A stretch of 64,000 nucleotides of DNA from Candidatus Babeliales bacterium (GTDB taxonomy: Bacteria; Babelota; Babeliae; Babelales; Vermiphilaceae), in NCBI GenBank assembly GCA_963743635.1, contig CAVUQO010000003.1:192001-256000 (forward strand), in the 5' to 3' direction. Made by a program: the position numbers and the translations under genes. Under the pieces are notes generated by a model. The model did not search any database. It was not told the DNA's origin and worked only from the letters and a program-made list of their open reading frames with translations. Below, piece by piece: positions 19,596 through 32,330 of this stretch (position 1 is its first letter; the number at the start of each line of letters is the position of its first letter).

Positions 19596-21347
19596 TTAGA
19601 AAGAACCCCCAATTTTAAACCATAAGAGCCAGCGAGTCATTGCGCTGTTATCTTTGGAGAATTCATATGATCCGCCGCCGCCGATGAATAGTGGATATTC
19701 TCTATCATCCCAACGGTTGCCCATGCTTGCATAAATGATATAGGTCTCAAAAGCAGGGTGTGCTGCTGAATTCATATCAAGATCTGCATCAGTGATGGTA
19801 TTTTGATTGTAGGCATCAAACGGGCTTTGTTGAGCAGGAGCGGTGTCAGCCGGGTTTTGGCCAAAGAGCTGTATATCATCGCATCCGATAGTATTATTAA
19901 TCGTTTGCACGGTGTTGATTTGGCCTGCGTGTATGAGAGATTTCAATGCGATGCCGCTTGGGAATTCACATTGCAATTCTACACATTCTGCAGGGCGTGC
20001 ACAGAAACTGTAACCAAGTTCTCCTTGGAACCCTTCATTATTGAAGATGAAGGCAGTTTGGTAGGTGCGTGAAACGCCCGGAGAAACCTTAACATCTTGC
20101 GTGAACACGTTTATACCAGGAGTATGAAGGAAACGGTTACCGGTAGTATACGCTTGGTATGCTTGTTCAGGGCTGTTATACACTTGCATGTAACGGCTCC
20201 ATGGCTTATTCTTCAAGTCGAATGAACGGGTTTGATGGTTATCAAGATGGAAGAAGAATTCACTTTGGAAATCAAACCACATGCAGCGATTCTTAGTGCG
20301 GTGTCTCCACACTTCAGCGCCAAATTGGCTTCCTGAGCGGATTGCAGTGTGTCGGTTGAAACCAACAATTGGTTCAAACATTAAGATACCATTTGGTCTA
20401 TTGCCCGTTGGTGCAAGTACACCAAGGTAAGAGCGCATATAGCAATGGCCAGTATTGAGAATATCATAACCGAGTAAGAGATCGATATCAGCAATGCCAG
20501 TCTTTCTATTATGACTGCTGCTGTTATCGATGCGCCCAAACATCCATGCGGGTTGCTGGAATGCTTCGCACATGTTTGCGACTGGAGAGTATGGAATATC
20601 GTTAGGGCCAACAGCGCTTTGCAGTGGGCATTCAAGAACAGTAGTAGTTGATGGGGCTGTTGCCGGAACAAGAGACGCACATTCAAGTGGACCATTGCCA
20701 TTTTGCAGCACGGTTTCACCAAGGTGCATTGAGGTTTTCACTTCTTCTAGAGGGAATGACATTTCAAAGAAGAATCCACGGCCATCATCACGGCGCGCAA
20801 ATCCTTGGCGGTATGAGAAGCCAAGACCAGCAGCATGTCTGCGGGGTTCAAAAGAGATTTGGCTTTGGAAGCATTCACTATTCACAGCAGGTCTGAATCT
20901 GGTTTGACCACGAACTGGTCCAGGTGTAGGTGTAATAACGCTGGGATTACATTCTTGGGTATAGATATTGAACTGTTGTGCGAGGATATCGCATGGTTGA
21001 TTAATGTCTTCAGCTACAAATAATACAGGTTTAAAGTCGATTGAGAAATATCCTGCTAAATCAGTGTCGCGTGTTGATTGTCCGCCGAACGGCACGAGCT
21101 GGAAGGTTCCACCACGTCCATCTTTACGTGCATAGGTGCGGTCACCTCGCCATAGAGTAGTTCGTTCTGGTAAGCCCGCCTGAAATTCTGGGTTTACCGT
21201 AAAAAATGAATGACTGGTTGTTTTACGTCTACACGGATCGGTGGGGCAAAGTGGTTTGCTGGGTCCACAACTTGCACAGTCCGCGTCTATTTTCCCGAAC
21301 ATCGCTGTCAGTAACAGCGTAACGAGTATCTTTTTGTTCATCACCAT
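19596..21347 (-). CDS. Cys-rich putative outer-membrane beta-barrel protein
   Basis: Signal peptide, alternating beta-strand patterns (GIADIDLLLGY, GELGYSF, GGGGSYEF), terminal Phe (FKIGGSF), many Cys. Confidence 0.65.
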   Translation of the reverse strand: MVMNKKILVTLLLTAMFGKIDADCASCGPSKPLCPTDPCRRKTTSHSFFTVNPEFQAGLPERTTLWRGDRTYARKDGRGGTFQLVPFGGQSTRDTDLAGYFSIDFKPVLFVAEDINQPCDILAQQFNIYTQECNPSVITPTPGPVRGQTRFRPAVNSECFQSQISFEPRRHAAGLGFSYRQGFARRDDGRGFFFEMSFPLEEVKTSMHLGETVLQNGNGPLECASLVPATAPSTTTVLECPLQSAVGPNDIPYSPVANMCEAFQQPAWMFGRIDNSSSHNRKTGIADIDLLLGYDILNTGHCYMRSYLGVLAPTGNRPNGILMFEPIVGFNRHTAIRSGSQFGAEVWRHRTKNRCMWFDFQSEFFFHLDNHQTRSFDLKNKPWSRYMQVYNSPEQAYQAYTTGNRFLHTPGINVFTQDVKVSPGVSRTYQTAFIFNNEGFQGELGYSFCARPAECVELQCEFPSGIALKSLIHAGQINTVQTINNTIGCDDIQLFGQNPADTAPAQQSPFDAYNQNTITDADLDMNSAAHPAFETYIIYASMGNRWDDREYPLFIGGGGSYEFSKDNSAMTRWLLWFKIGGSF

Positions 21348-21551
21348 AACTCCTTTTATTGGGTTAATGAAACTTATTCTCTCTCTCTTTAGCATGTTTT
21401 AATCATGACGTCAAAGATGGATGCCTTTTATTCTTATGCAGAGGATAGGCCATTGTCAATATTTTAGTTTATAATATTTTAAAGGGGGCATAAAATTGAT
21501 AAAAATCTGTGGTATACTTTTTAGGTGAATGCCCATATTAAAAGGAAATAT

Positions 21552-22805
21552 ATGATACCGCGCGTTAAAGGCACCCAAGATTTTCTCGACCTCACTTTAT
21601 ATAATTATAGTATCGAGACGGCTAAAAAATATTTGGCGTTGAATCACTTCACTCAGATCGCCACCCCCATCATTGAGTATACGAATCTCTTTCAACGGAC
21701 GCTTGGCGAGCAGACTGATGTGGTCAGTAAGGAAATGTTTATCTTGGAATCCCGAGATTCGGAAGATCCATCGTTATGTTTGCGCCCTGAGGTTACTGCG
21801 CCCACGGTCAGAGCATTTATAGAAAATCATATTCAGACTGTGCCGTGGAAAGTTTTTTCTCATGGCCCCATGTTTCGTTATGAGCGACCCCAGAAAGGAC
21901 GCTATCGACAATTTCATCAGCTCGATATTGAAATCATTGGATCATCCTCGGTCTGCCAAGACGTACATTTAATTACGTTGCTTGATCGATTATTTCATGA
22001 AGGATTCAAGCTTAATAATTATGCCTTGGTAATTAATTTCTTAGGAACGCGCGAGGATCGTGCGCGTTATCGTGAAAAGCTCGGAGCATTTTTAGCTACC
22101 ATTGCAGATCAACTTTGCAAGACGTGCAATGAGCGCCGTGAAAAAAATATGATGCGCATTTTTGATTGTAAGAATGAAGCATGCCAAGCATTATATGATA
22201 AAGCTCCCTTCGTTACCGATCATCTTTCAGACGCATCGCGCGCTGAATGGCAGCAAATTCAAGAGCAACTTGCTGCGCTTTCTATTTCTTTCTCGCATAA
22301 TCCAAAATTAGTCCGCGGTTTGGATTATTATAATAAGACGGTGTTTGAATTCATGAGCGGCAATCTCGGAGCGCAAAATACCTTTTGCGGCGGCGGTCGC
22401 TATGACCATTTAGCACTCGAACTTGGCGCTAAAGAAGACCTTCCTTCAATTGGCGCAGCCATAGGCATTGAGCGTCTTTTATTATTACTCGAACCGATAC
22501 GAGAATTACTCGCAATTCCTGCGCTGCCGGTGCTGCACGTGGTAATGCCATATTCTGAAAAACAAAATACGCTCGCACTCTTAATTACTGATACTTTGCT
22601 TGCAGCGGGCTTAAGCACAGAATTATTGCTTGAAGGCGATTCAATGAAAAGTATGATGCGCAAAGCAAATAAGCTCGGCGCTCGCTACTGTATTATTATT
22701 GGTGATGATGAGCAGGCTGCGCACGAAGTTACCATAAAAAATATGATGACTGGTGAGGATCTACGCGTTGCACAACGTGATATGGTTGCGACGCTGAGAA
22801 GGTAA
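21552..22805 (+). CDS. hisS: Histidine--tRNA ligase
   Basis: LRPEVTAP, GPMFRYERPQKGRYRQFHQ, LVRGLDYY, GGGRYD, AIGIER. Confidence 0.97.
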   Translation: MIPRVKGTQDFLDLTLYNYSIETAKKYLALNHFTQIATPIIEYTNLFQRTLGEQTDVVSKEMFILESRDSEDPSLCLRPEVTAPTVRAFIENHIQTVPWKVFSHGPMFRYERPQKGRYRQFHQLDIEIIGSSSVCQDVHLITLLDRLFHEGFKLNNYALVINFLGTREDRARYREKLGAFLATIADQLCKTCNERREKNMMRIFDCKNEACQALYDKAPFVTDHLSDASRAEWQQIQEQLAALSISFSHNPKLVRGLDYYNKTVFEFMSGNLGAQNTFCGGGRYDHLALELGAKEDLPSIGAAIGIERLLLLLEPIRELLAIPALPVLHVVMPYSEKQNTLALLITDTLLAAGLSTELLLEGDSMKSMMRKANKLGARYCIIIGDDEQAAHEVTIKNMMTGEDLRVAQRDMVATLRR

Positions 22806-22812
22806 GGTTCGT

Positions 22813-23217
22813 TTACGCCACAACGTAGGATTTCGGCACGCTCAGCTTCGGATTCAGCGCGAGCATCGGTTGCGCAGCGCATTGAATCCTTTCAAAATCT
22901 TTCTGTTCTAAGTCAAGCACGTGCAATGTGAGGAGTACTTCTTCAAATTGTTTAAAAATTGCCTGGGTATCTTTCATTGTTTTGAATTTTTCTTTTTGCT
23001 TGCGGATATAATCAAGCGCGATACCACTTAAATAAAAACGTTCGCGTGCTGCATACGTGGTATCGAGCCAGGTGTATGTTTTTTGCAATTGTTTGAGCGT
23101 GATGCGTAGCTTTTCTTGTGCAGGGTTGATTGCTTCGTAGATAGTATCAGCTGAAAAAAATTGATTGCAGTTGACTGATGTATAGGTGAGGAGCGCGAGG
23201 CATATTAATTTTTTCAT
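22813..23217 (-). CDS. Exported hypothetical protein
   Basis: 134-aa ORF, AAGGA RBS, MKKLICLALL signal. Confidence 0.6.
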   Translation of the reverse strand: MKKLICLALLTYTSVNCNQFFSADTIYEAINPAQEKLRITLKQLQKTYTWLDTTYAARERFYLSGIALDYIRKQKEKFKTMKDTQAIFKQFEEVLLTLHVLDLEQKDFERIQCAAQPMLALNPKLSVPKSYVVA

Positions 23218-23346
23218 AGTGATTCCTTTTTTAATAAATGGTGATTAAGGGTAGATATATCATGAATGATATTCGATTGTGAAGGGATTATGAGCGAATT
23301 GTGAAATTCAAATAACTAAAGACGGCACTATTATTGTATTCCGTGA

Positions 23347-23726
23347 CCCTTCGCCACAATTTTTATTTTTATCCTTCGGACAAAAATAAAAATCACTCAG
23401 GGCGAACGGAACAGGGTGTGTGAAACAAATTTAAACTTTAGGTTCCTAAGATAATCCCAATTTAGTACCCCCGTAACGAAGAACCAAAAATCTCTCGATC
23501 GTCTTTGCGACGACGAAATACGACATCCGCTGTAAAGCGGTGTTGTATGAGGACGATCAGTGACTTACATTTAGTCCGCATTGATTAAAATTGTTAGATT
23601 TTCAGGGTTCTCTAAATTTGGTTAACAGAGTCTAGTAAAAACTTTTTTGTTAATCCTATTCTCCCGTTCGCCCTGAGTGATTTTTATTTTTGTCCGAAGG
23701 ATAAAAATAAAAATTGTGGCGAAGGG
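23347..23726. repeat. REPIN-like pair: perfect 63-bp inverted repeats (23347-23409 and 23664-23726) around a 254-bp spacer
   Basis: Checked base by base, 63/63; each arm is a REP-like unit carrying an internal AT-rich hairpin closed by cTTCGg. Confidence 0.85.
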
Positions 23727-23742
23727 CAACTTAAAGTGCGTA

Positions 23743-24774
23743 TTACCGAGCAATGCCACCAGGCATTGTTTGGAGTTGTTGAATATTTTTTTCAACCGCG
23801 CGTAACGATTTTTCTGCTGCTTGCAAGCGCAGTTTAAGGAGCGCGGTGTGTTGTTCTGCTTTATGTGCATGCGCTTCAAGGTTTTGTATTATTTTTTCGG
23901 TTTCATCGAGCCGATTGCGATTGAATTTGTTTGAAACGGTATTGAAGGTATCGACGCATTGCGCAAGATTAGCGGCTTCAGCATCTTTTTGGTTGGTCTT
24001 CTGTTCTCCTTGGCTTAACGTTTCATTAAATTTGGCGAGCGAGGCCGGAAATGTTTCTACGCGCGCATGCGATGCATTAAGTTGCTCTTGGCGTTCTTGG
24101 TTGAGTGCAGCAAGAGTGGCACGCTGTTCTGCAAGTGTACGGTTCATTTCATTTTTGATTTCTTGCGTTTGTAGTGCAACGCGTTCAAGCATATTTTCTG
24201 CATCATGGGCATATGCGATCAGCGATTGAAGGGATTCTTGCGCAATTAAATCGACCTGAGCATTGCGTTTTGTTTCTCGTGTATCAAAAAGCTTGCCTTT
24301 TCTCAATGCCGACTCAAAACGTGCTTGATAGCGGTTGAGTTCTCTTGGGTTGTATGAAGCAATAGTTTGCAGGCTAAATTCCGCCTCATGGAGAAGATCG
24401 GAAATAGGTCGGGCAGTTTTGTATGTTGGCGCTGAAAGATCTTCTATGAGCGCGTTAAAATGACGTATTTCATCGCGATATGCTTGCTTATGATGTTTTT
24501 GCTCCAGGGCAAGATATTCGCGATCTAAGGCATCTTGTTTTTTATCAACTGCTTCTTGTGCTTTGCGCTTTCGTTCGAGTCTGCTTCTGGCGGTAACTTT
24601 TTTTGCATGAGCCACCCATCGCTGAGCCTGTGCTTGTTCGCATCGCTTTCGACGCTCAACTTTATCTTGTACTTCTAAAGTTCTTTTTTCTTTTTCTTTG
24701 TCCGTTTGTGCCGATGCATTTGGCATTTCCACGATACATAGACCAACTATGACAATAACGGTATATAGTTTCAT
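23743..24774 (-). CDS. Exported coiled-coil hypothetical protein
   Basis: 343-aa ORF, signal peptide, heptad-rich. Confidence 0.7.
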   Translation of the reverse strand: MKLYTVIVIVGLCIVEMPNASAQTDKEKEKRTLEVQDKVERRKRCEQAQAQRWVAHAKKVTARSRLERKRKAQEAVDKKQDALDREYLALEQKHHKQAYRDEIRHFNALIEDLSAPTYKTARPISDLLHEAEFSLQTIASYNPRELNRYQARFESALRKGKLFDTRETKRNAQVDLIAQESLQSLIAYAHDAENMLERVALQTQEIKNEMNRTLAEQRATLAALNQERQEQLNASHARVETFPASLAKFNETLSQGEQKTNQKDAEAANLAQCVDTFNTVSNKFNRNRLDETEKIIQNLEAHAHKAEQHTALLKLRLQAAEKSLRAVEKNIQQLQTMPGGIAR

Positions 24775-24923
24775 ACGTTCCCCTCTCTTTTTTGAGTCCC
24801 TTAATTCTGTCTATTATTATTTCATATTGTATTTTAAATATGCAATAATAATTGTTTTACGCGATTTATTGCGCGCATACTAAATACTTTATAGACCAGT
24901 AAGGTTTTTGGGAAATGCTTGTG

Positions 24924-25589
24924 CTATGCGCCAAATACGATGACGAGTTGATCCCTAAAAAGATAGAAGAAGAAGATTGCAAAAAGCACTCCATCAAAGC
25001 GATCGAGAAAGCCGCCGTGTCCCGGCAGTAGTGATCCTGCATCTTTTAATTTGGCGCGGCGTTTGAGCCACGATTCAAAAAGATCTCCCGCTAATGCAAT
25101 GACGCTCGTAATGAACGTTACACCCGCGATCGTGAGCCATGAGCTGTGCGGTTTGCCGTGGCAGAGTATTACAACGCCTATAGTTAGAAAGGCGGCAATA
25201 TATCCTCCAAAGAAACCTTCCCATGATTTGGCCGGGCTGATAGAGGGAGCAATTTTATGTTTGCCATAGGGCGCACCTATCATAAAAGATCCGCTATCAT
25301 GGCTCGACACCAAAACAAACATAAAGAAAAGGAGGTGGCGATAAGCCTCATCGTGACTGACGTTCAATGCAAAAAGTAGGGCAAATGGAAGGAGAGGATA
25401 AAAAGGAGTGATGAGCCAAAAGGGAAGTTTGTGTATATCGAAAAACTTTGGCCATTCAAGAAGCATGATAATGGTTAATATGCTCGCGAGAATGAGAGTA
25501 AATACTATGGGAGGCAAATATATGATGGAAATCCAGAAGACAATGCCGAGTACCGTACTTGTTATGCTTCGTTTCGTTAGTTCTTTCAT
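24924..25589 (-). CDS. cdsA: Phosphatidate cytidylyltransferase
   Basis: ISPAKSWEGFFGG, GDLFESWLKR, KDAGSLLPGHGGFLDRFD. Confidence 0.93.
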   Translation of the reverse strand: MKELTKRSITSTVLGIVFWISIIYLPPIVFTLILASILTIIMLLEWPKFFDIHKLPFWLITPFYPLLPFALLFALNVSHDEAYRHLLFFMFVLVSSHDSGSFMIGAPYGKHKIAPSISPAKSWEGFFGGYIAAFLTIGVVILCHGKPHSSWLTIAGVTFITSVIALAGDLFESWLKRRAKLKDAGSLLPGHGGFLDRFDGVLFAIFFFYLFRDQLVIVFGA

Positions 25590-25593
25590 CGAA

Positions 25594-25977
25594 TTATTCC
25601 TCTTGTGTAAACGCATTCGGTATGTAGGTGAGTGTTTGGTATGGAGGGATCCCAATCAGGAGCGCTGCATCGAAGCGCCAAACATAGTCTATCAAATCGT
25701 ATTCTGCTACATACGCCATTGCAGTTGCAATAATTTTTCGTTGTTGCGCGTGAGATATTAGATTTTCTGGTTCGATATAGGTGCCGCTGCGTGTTTTTAC
25801 TTCAACAAATACAATCTCGTTATCTTTTTCTGCTATCAAATCGATTTCGCCATACGGCTTTCTGTAATTGCGGCCACGGATCACATAACCTTCTTTTTCA
25901 AGATTGCATGCGACCAGATTTTCTCCTTCAGTGCCGAAGATTTTTTTTACAGTCATGCTCTTAGAATCGATCGACAT
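25594..25977 (-). CDS. yraN: YraN (UPF0102) family endonuclease-like protein
   Basis: G..GE, RNYR..YGEIDLIA, VFVEVKTR, RFD. Confidence 0.9.
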   Translation of the reverse strand: MSIDSKSMTVKKIFGTEGENLVACNLEKEGYVIRGRNYRKPYGEIDLIAEKDNEIVFVEVKTRSGTYIEPENLISHAQQRKIIATAMAYVAEYDLIDYVWRFDAALLIGIPPYQTLTYIPNAFTQEE

Positions 25978-26968
25978 TTTTTTTCTTTGGTTGCTTGGTA
26001 ATCTCAGCCTGCGCAAGTCTTGTTTTTTGATAATCAGGGAACCGTTCAGCCAAGTCTTTGCGCCTTAGTTCAAGGAGCGGCATATCTTTTACCTGCTGAG
26101 CGAGCTCAATTTCAAGAGTGATCAAGTATGGATCGCAGGTAGGAATGAGATCGATAAATTCCTTACGAATATTGGTGAGTCGGGTACGCGCTGATTTATA
26201 CCGTCCGCGACTGCAGTAAAAATTGAATATGCCGATTTCATTTTCAAATAATCGCTGATAACACTGCTCGCGCATATGGCGAACTTCTTTTGAGTGAGTG
26301 CTGAAAATTTCTTCTCGTTCAAGGAACTTACTCGCAAGTTCGATCGCTTCGCGTGTATTACTTTGATCTCGTTCGGCATCAAGAATAATGTAGAATTTGC
26401 AGACTACTGCCTTATACAGTGCATATTCAACTTTTTCGTTGCCTGGGTAATATTTCACAAATTCACGATACATTTTGCCGGCGGCTTCTAATTTGCCGTC
26501 ATCAAAAAGTAAGTCGGCAAGCTCGAGGAGAATGCCCTTTAATTTCTCAAGATCGGTACAGATAGGCACCATGCGCTCTAAGGTTCTGATTGCATTATAA
26601 CGATCGTTCGATGCGAGGCATTTTTCTTTGAAGGCATTCAGCTCAGCATAGTTCATGTTGCGCAGAGTTTTCTTTTGATTCTTTGGATCGAACCATTTAT
26701 CTATTTTGGTGCGTAAGCGCCCCTTTTTTTTCTGAGGCTTGAGATTGGCCTTCTCTGATTCAGGCTGCGTTGTTTCCTCAGCTTTGGTCACCTTGAGCGC
26801 CCGGGCGGTGCTGGTTTTGAAGGAATCGAGCGTTGCATCAAGCGGGTTCTGCTGTTGAGCCCCCCCGGTCGAGATGCTATAGCTATCAAGATTTGCATTA
26901 GAAAGGAATGTTGTAGTTACGGCAATGATGATGGTACAATACCAAAAGTGCCACCGGTTTTGTTTCAT
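25961..26968 (-). CDS. bamD: Outer membrane protein assembly factor BamD-like TPR protein
   Basis: TPR pattern, YPGNEKVEYALY, ERDQSNTREA, E..IFNFY..RGRYKSA..R. Confidence 0.8.
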   Translation of the reverse strand: MKQNRWHFWYCTIIIAVTTTFLSNANLDSYSISTGGAQQQNPLDATLDSFKTSTARALKVTKAEETTQPESEKANLKPQKKKGRLRTKIDKWFDPKNQKKTLRNMNYAELNAFKEKCLASNDRYNAIRTLERMVPICTDLEKLKGILLELADLLFDDGKLEAAGKMYREFVKYYPGNEKVEYALYKAVVCKFYIILDAERDQSNTREAIELASKFLEREEIFSTHSKEVRHMREQCYQRLFENEIGIFNFYCSRGRYKSARTRLTNIRKEFIDLIPTCDPYLITLEIELAQQVKDMPLLELRRKDLAERFPDYQKTRLAQAEITKQPKKKNVDRF

Positions 26969-27153
26969 ATCGTACCCTATGAGTTATCCAAAAAGGTATT
27001 AAAAATCGTATCTTTTTCTTTTTTTAGACTACTATAATTCGGAAGAAAAGCAACGTGAGGCAGGCGGGTACGGTTGCCGAGAGCCTCTGAAGATGTAATA
27101 CTAAAGTGCAATAAGTCGATAACCAAGCTATCAAGCGGATGTGGGGTATCATA

Positions 27154-28859
27154 ATGAGAAAAAATATTCTTGAATTAATCCTGGAGTCAGGAGCGGTAAA
27201 CACGCAGCAGATGGCTGAATGCCAGAAGGCAGTGGAGGGGACAAGTCAACGGATTCAAGACTGTCTTATTGAGAAGAAATTCATGACCCCTGAGGCGCTT
27301 GCGCAGATTTATGCCAAATATGCCTCTCTTGATTATATAACCCACGTTACCGACCAAATGGCAGATTTAGCTGTTTTGGCGCGTGTTCCTATGTCCTTTT
27401 TGCGTGAAAACGTGGTCATGCCCGTTACCATCAATGGCCAAACGCATATTCTGACAGCCAATCCACTCAATTTTCAACCCATAGATGATTTGAATCTGTT
27501 GCTCGGCGGGGGCATTCGCCCCGTAGTTGCAACACCCAAGGCCATTCTTGATGGTATCAATAAATATTATCCGCTTGAAGGCGCCAAGCAGATGATCGAA
27601 GAGCTAGAGGAGGAACAGGAAGGGCTTGGTGACGTTGAACTCGCAGACATTGAAGAGCGAGACATAGTGGCCATGGCCGCCGAGGCTCCGATTATCAAAC
27701 TCGTGAATCATATCCTGTATCAGGCAGCAAAACGAGAAGCTTCAGATATCCATATAGAGCCGTTTGAGAAAGAAGTGGCGTGCGATATCGAATTGATGGC
27801 GTTATGTATAGTGTTATGAATCCGCCCAAACGAATTCAAGGTGCCTTGATTTCACGTATAAAAATTATGGCCCATATGAATATTGCTGAAAAACGGATTC
27901 CGCAAGATGGTCGTATCGATTTACGTATTGCAGATAAAGCGATCGATATTCGTGTATCAATGCTGCCTGTTGCTTTTGGAGAACGGATTGTAATGCGTCT
28001 TTTAGATAAATCACGCACATTTGGTCAAATCGATCAAATGGGATTCAGTGAACGAGATCTTCGGGTATTAAAAGAAAGTATCGCACGGCCCAACGGAATT
28101 ATTTACGTAACGGGTCCAACCGGTTCGGGTAAAACCACTACGCTTTATTCGATTCTTGGAAAATTAAATACCCCGGACGTAAATATCATTACCGTTGAAG
28201 ATCCGGTTGAATATCAGATGGCAGGTATCGGACAAGTACAAGTGAGCGATAAAATTGGCTTGACGTTTGCTGCTGCGCTGCGTTCTATTTTGCGTCAAGA
28301 TCCTGATATTATCATGATCGGTGAAACTCGTGATCAGGAAACCGCCCAAATTGCGATTCAAGCATCACTTACTGGTCACTTTGTACTCAGTACTTTGCAT
28401 ACTAATAGTGCGGCAGCTACCATTACTCGATTGCTTGATATGGGCGTTGAGCCATATCTTATTGCATCATCGGTAGTTCTCGTGATGGCGCAGCGGTTGG
28501 TGCGTAAACTATGTGATAATTGCAAAAAGCCTTATAAGCCTTCTGTAGATGTTTTGCGCAGTATCGGATTAAGTGAAAAAGATGCTCAAGGTATTACTTT
28601 TTATGAGCCTGTAGGTTGCGAAGAATGTCTGCGTATGGGATATAAAGGTCGCCTCGCAGTTTATGAATTGATGCAGATGACCACTGAAATTGCAAAATTG
28701 ACCATAGAACGTGCTGATACCGCGCGTCTGCGTAATCAAGCAGTTGCCGATGGCATGACGCTTTTAATTCAAGATGGTTTACGCAAGATTAAAGAAGGTC
28801 TTACTACTATCGATGAAGTGCTCTCCGTTGCATCAATGGAAATTGGTGAAGTCGAGTAG
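27154..28859 (+). CDS. gspE: GspE/PilB family type II secretion / type IV pilus assembly ATPase (apparent frameshift at ~27778)
   Basis: ASDIHIEP in frame 1 joins VRYRIDG in frame 2; [28 protein letters not shown], tetra-Cys motif. Confidence 0.92.
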
Positions 28860-28862
28860 AGG

Positions 28863-29552
28863 CTAGCTGTTATTATTGTTGTTGCTTTCGGAAGAAATCC
28901 TTTTCTTGCACCAATTCATTTTGTGATCAGTAAGGTAATATTTATCGGAGTATTTCTTTCCGCACTGCGGGCATGCGAATTTTTTATCAAGGTAACGCGT
29001 GTGAGATGCATGAGTGATATGGCGATGAAAAGACCTTTTTATTTCATACTTTTGATTGCATCCTTCAATGGGTGCCCAATAGCTTTTGCCATTAACGATA
29101 GTTGGTTCGGCTCGATTTTCCTTGATTTGGCCTTGCATTGCTAGAGTTGCCGCGATTGGAGTAATGAGGGGGTGCGTGGCTGGCGCAACTGCAGGGTATT
29201 TTGTTGTAGGGGTATTATGCACAGCGTTATCTTGGTTCAAAAGATAGCGAGGTATGAGTGAATCTATGTCTACTGGAGGCCAAGATTTTTTTACAATTAC
29301 CTCCTTTAGCGTTCCGTCGTCCGATGATATGAAGTGTATGTAATCATTCCGATAAGTTACGCACGGATTATTCAACTCGCGGTGATCCTCAATCTGTTTA
29401 TATTGTTTATATGTGTTGTCGTTTTCCTCTATCTTCTCATTTTCAAAAAAATCTTCAGACAAGAATCGTTGGTAAAAATCATCATCATTTTGCATAGCAT
29501 AACCAGTTGCGCAATTGAGTAAGATTGTGATTGCTGCGATTAAGTATTTCAC
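28863..29552 (-). CDS. Exported protein with C-terminal C2H2-type zinc fingers
   Basis: Signal ending TGYA|MQN (probable GTG start 29552); FACPQCGKKYSDKYYLTDHKMNWC plus a degenerate finger; poly-N tail. Confidence 0.75.
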   Translation of the reverse strand: MKYLIAAITILLNCATGYAMQNDDDFYQRFLSEDFFENEKIEENDNTYKQYKQIEDHRELNNPCVTYRNDYIHFISSDDGTLKEVIVKKSWPPVDIDSLIPRYLLNQDNAVHNTPTTKYPAVAPATHPLITPIAATLAMQGQIKENRAEPTIVNGKSYWAPIEGCNQKYEIKRSFHRHITHASHTRYLDKKFACPQCGKKYSDKYYLTDHKMNWCKKRISSESNNNNNS

Positions 29553-29674
29553 GCATGGCCCTTTAGAATACGTATTTTGAGACATACATTATCTCATAAG
29601 AGAATGTAACATCTATCGATTTATTGCAATAAAGGATCTAAGATTTCGTAATCTTGATGATCGCATTAGGTACT

Positions 29675-30187
29675 CTATTCTTGCAGTAGGTGCTTTTTAA
29701 CTACGTGGTTACGGAGCGCTTGAAACTCACTAAATAAAATCGAGCATGTATTGCATCTAGATGTTCCGGATGGGGGCATCTTGTGGCAATTTAGAAGATG
29801 GGGACGGACATTATTTCTGTGAGTAGTCTTGCAAGTAGGGCATTCTGTAAACGTTGCTGGAATTGTAATAGGAGCTGGTTGCTGATTTTCTGCAACAGTT
29901 TTTACAGATGTCGTATTTGATTTGTTTTGGACTTCAAGGCATTGTTTTTTGGCATCTCCAGCCATAGCTGCTATTGCGGGAGCAGTCTCTAAAGATGTTT
30001 TCTCATTTACGCTATCGTTTTTTGCGCTTTGCTGGGCGGTTCCGTGTGCTGCTTGAGTTATTGCGCGAGAAAGAAGAAATAAAGGGTTTTCCTCTTCCGC
30101 AGGTCTTTTGCCGTTTGCATTCATAGCAAAACTTGCTTGTGAGGTTGATAGAGCGATACATAAAAATATAAGAGATAGATTTTTCAT
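29675..30187 (-). CDS. Exported protein with two C2H2-like zinc fingers
   Basis: Signal ending ASFA|MNA, GKRP basic patch, CPTC..H..H and CNTCSILF..LRNHVVKKH. Confidence 0.75.
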   Translation of the reverse strand: MKNLSLIFLCIALSTSQASFAMNANGKRPAEEENPLFLLSRAITQAAHGTAQQSAKNDSVNEKTSLETAPAIAAMAGDAKKQCLEVQNKSNTTSVKTVAENQQPAPITIPATFTECPTCKTTHRNNVRPHLLNCHKMPPSGTSRCNTCSILFSEFQALRNHVVKKHLLQE

Positions 30188-30198
30188 AGTTTGTCCTA

Positions 30199-30350
30199 TT
30201 AATTATTATTATGATTGAGCATGAAAGCTAATGATAATGGATGAAAATTTGATTGTTGTTGAAGATCAGGTGCCGCTTGATCTTCGTATTGATTTTGAAC
30301 TTGATTGTTTTGAGTGGCGATTAAAAGTATCGCGGTTATGAGTATCTTTT

Positions 30351-30354
<4 letters not shown>
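30199..30354 (-). pseudogene. Truncated/frameshifted signal-peptide gene remnant
   Basis: ATG overlapping the upstream stop, MKKILITAILLIATQ then an early stop; an alternative frame ends LSLAFMLNHNNN. Confidence 0.35.
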
Positions 30355-32330
<1,976 letters not shown>

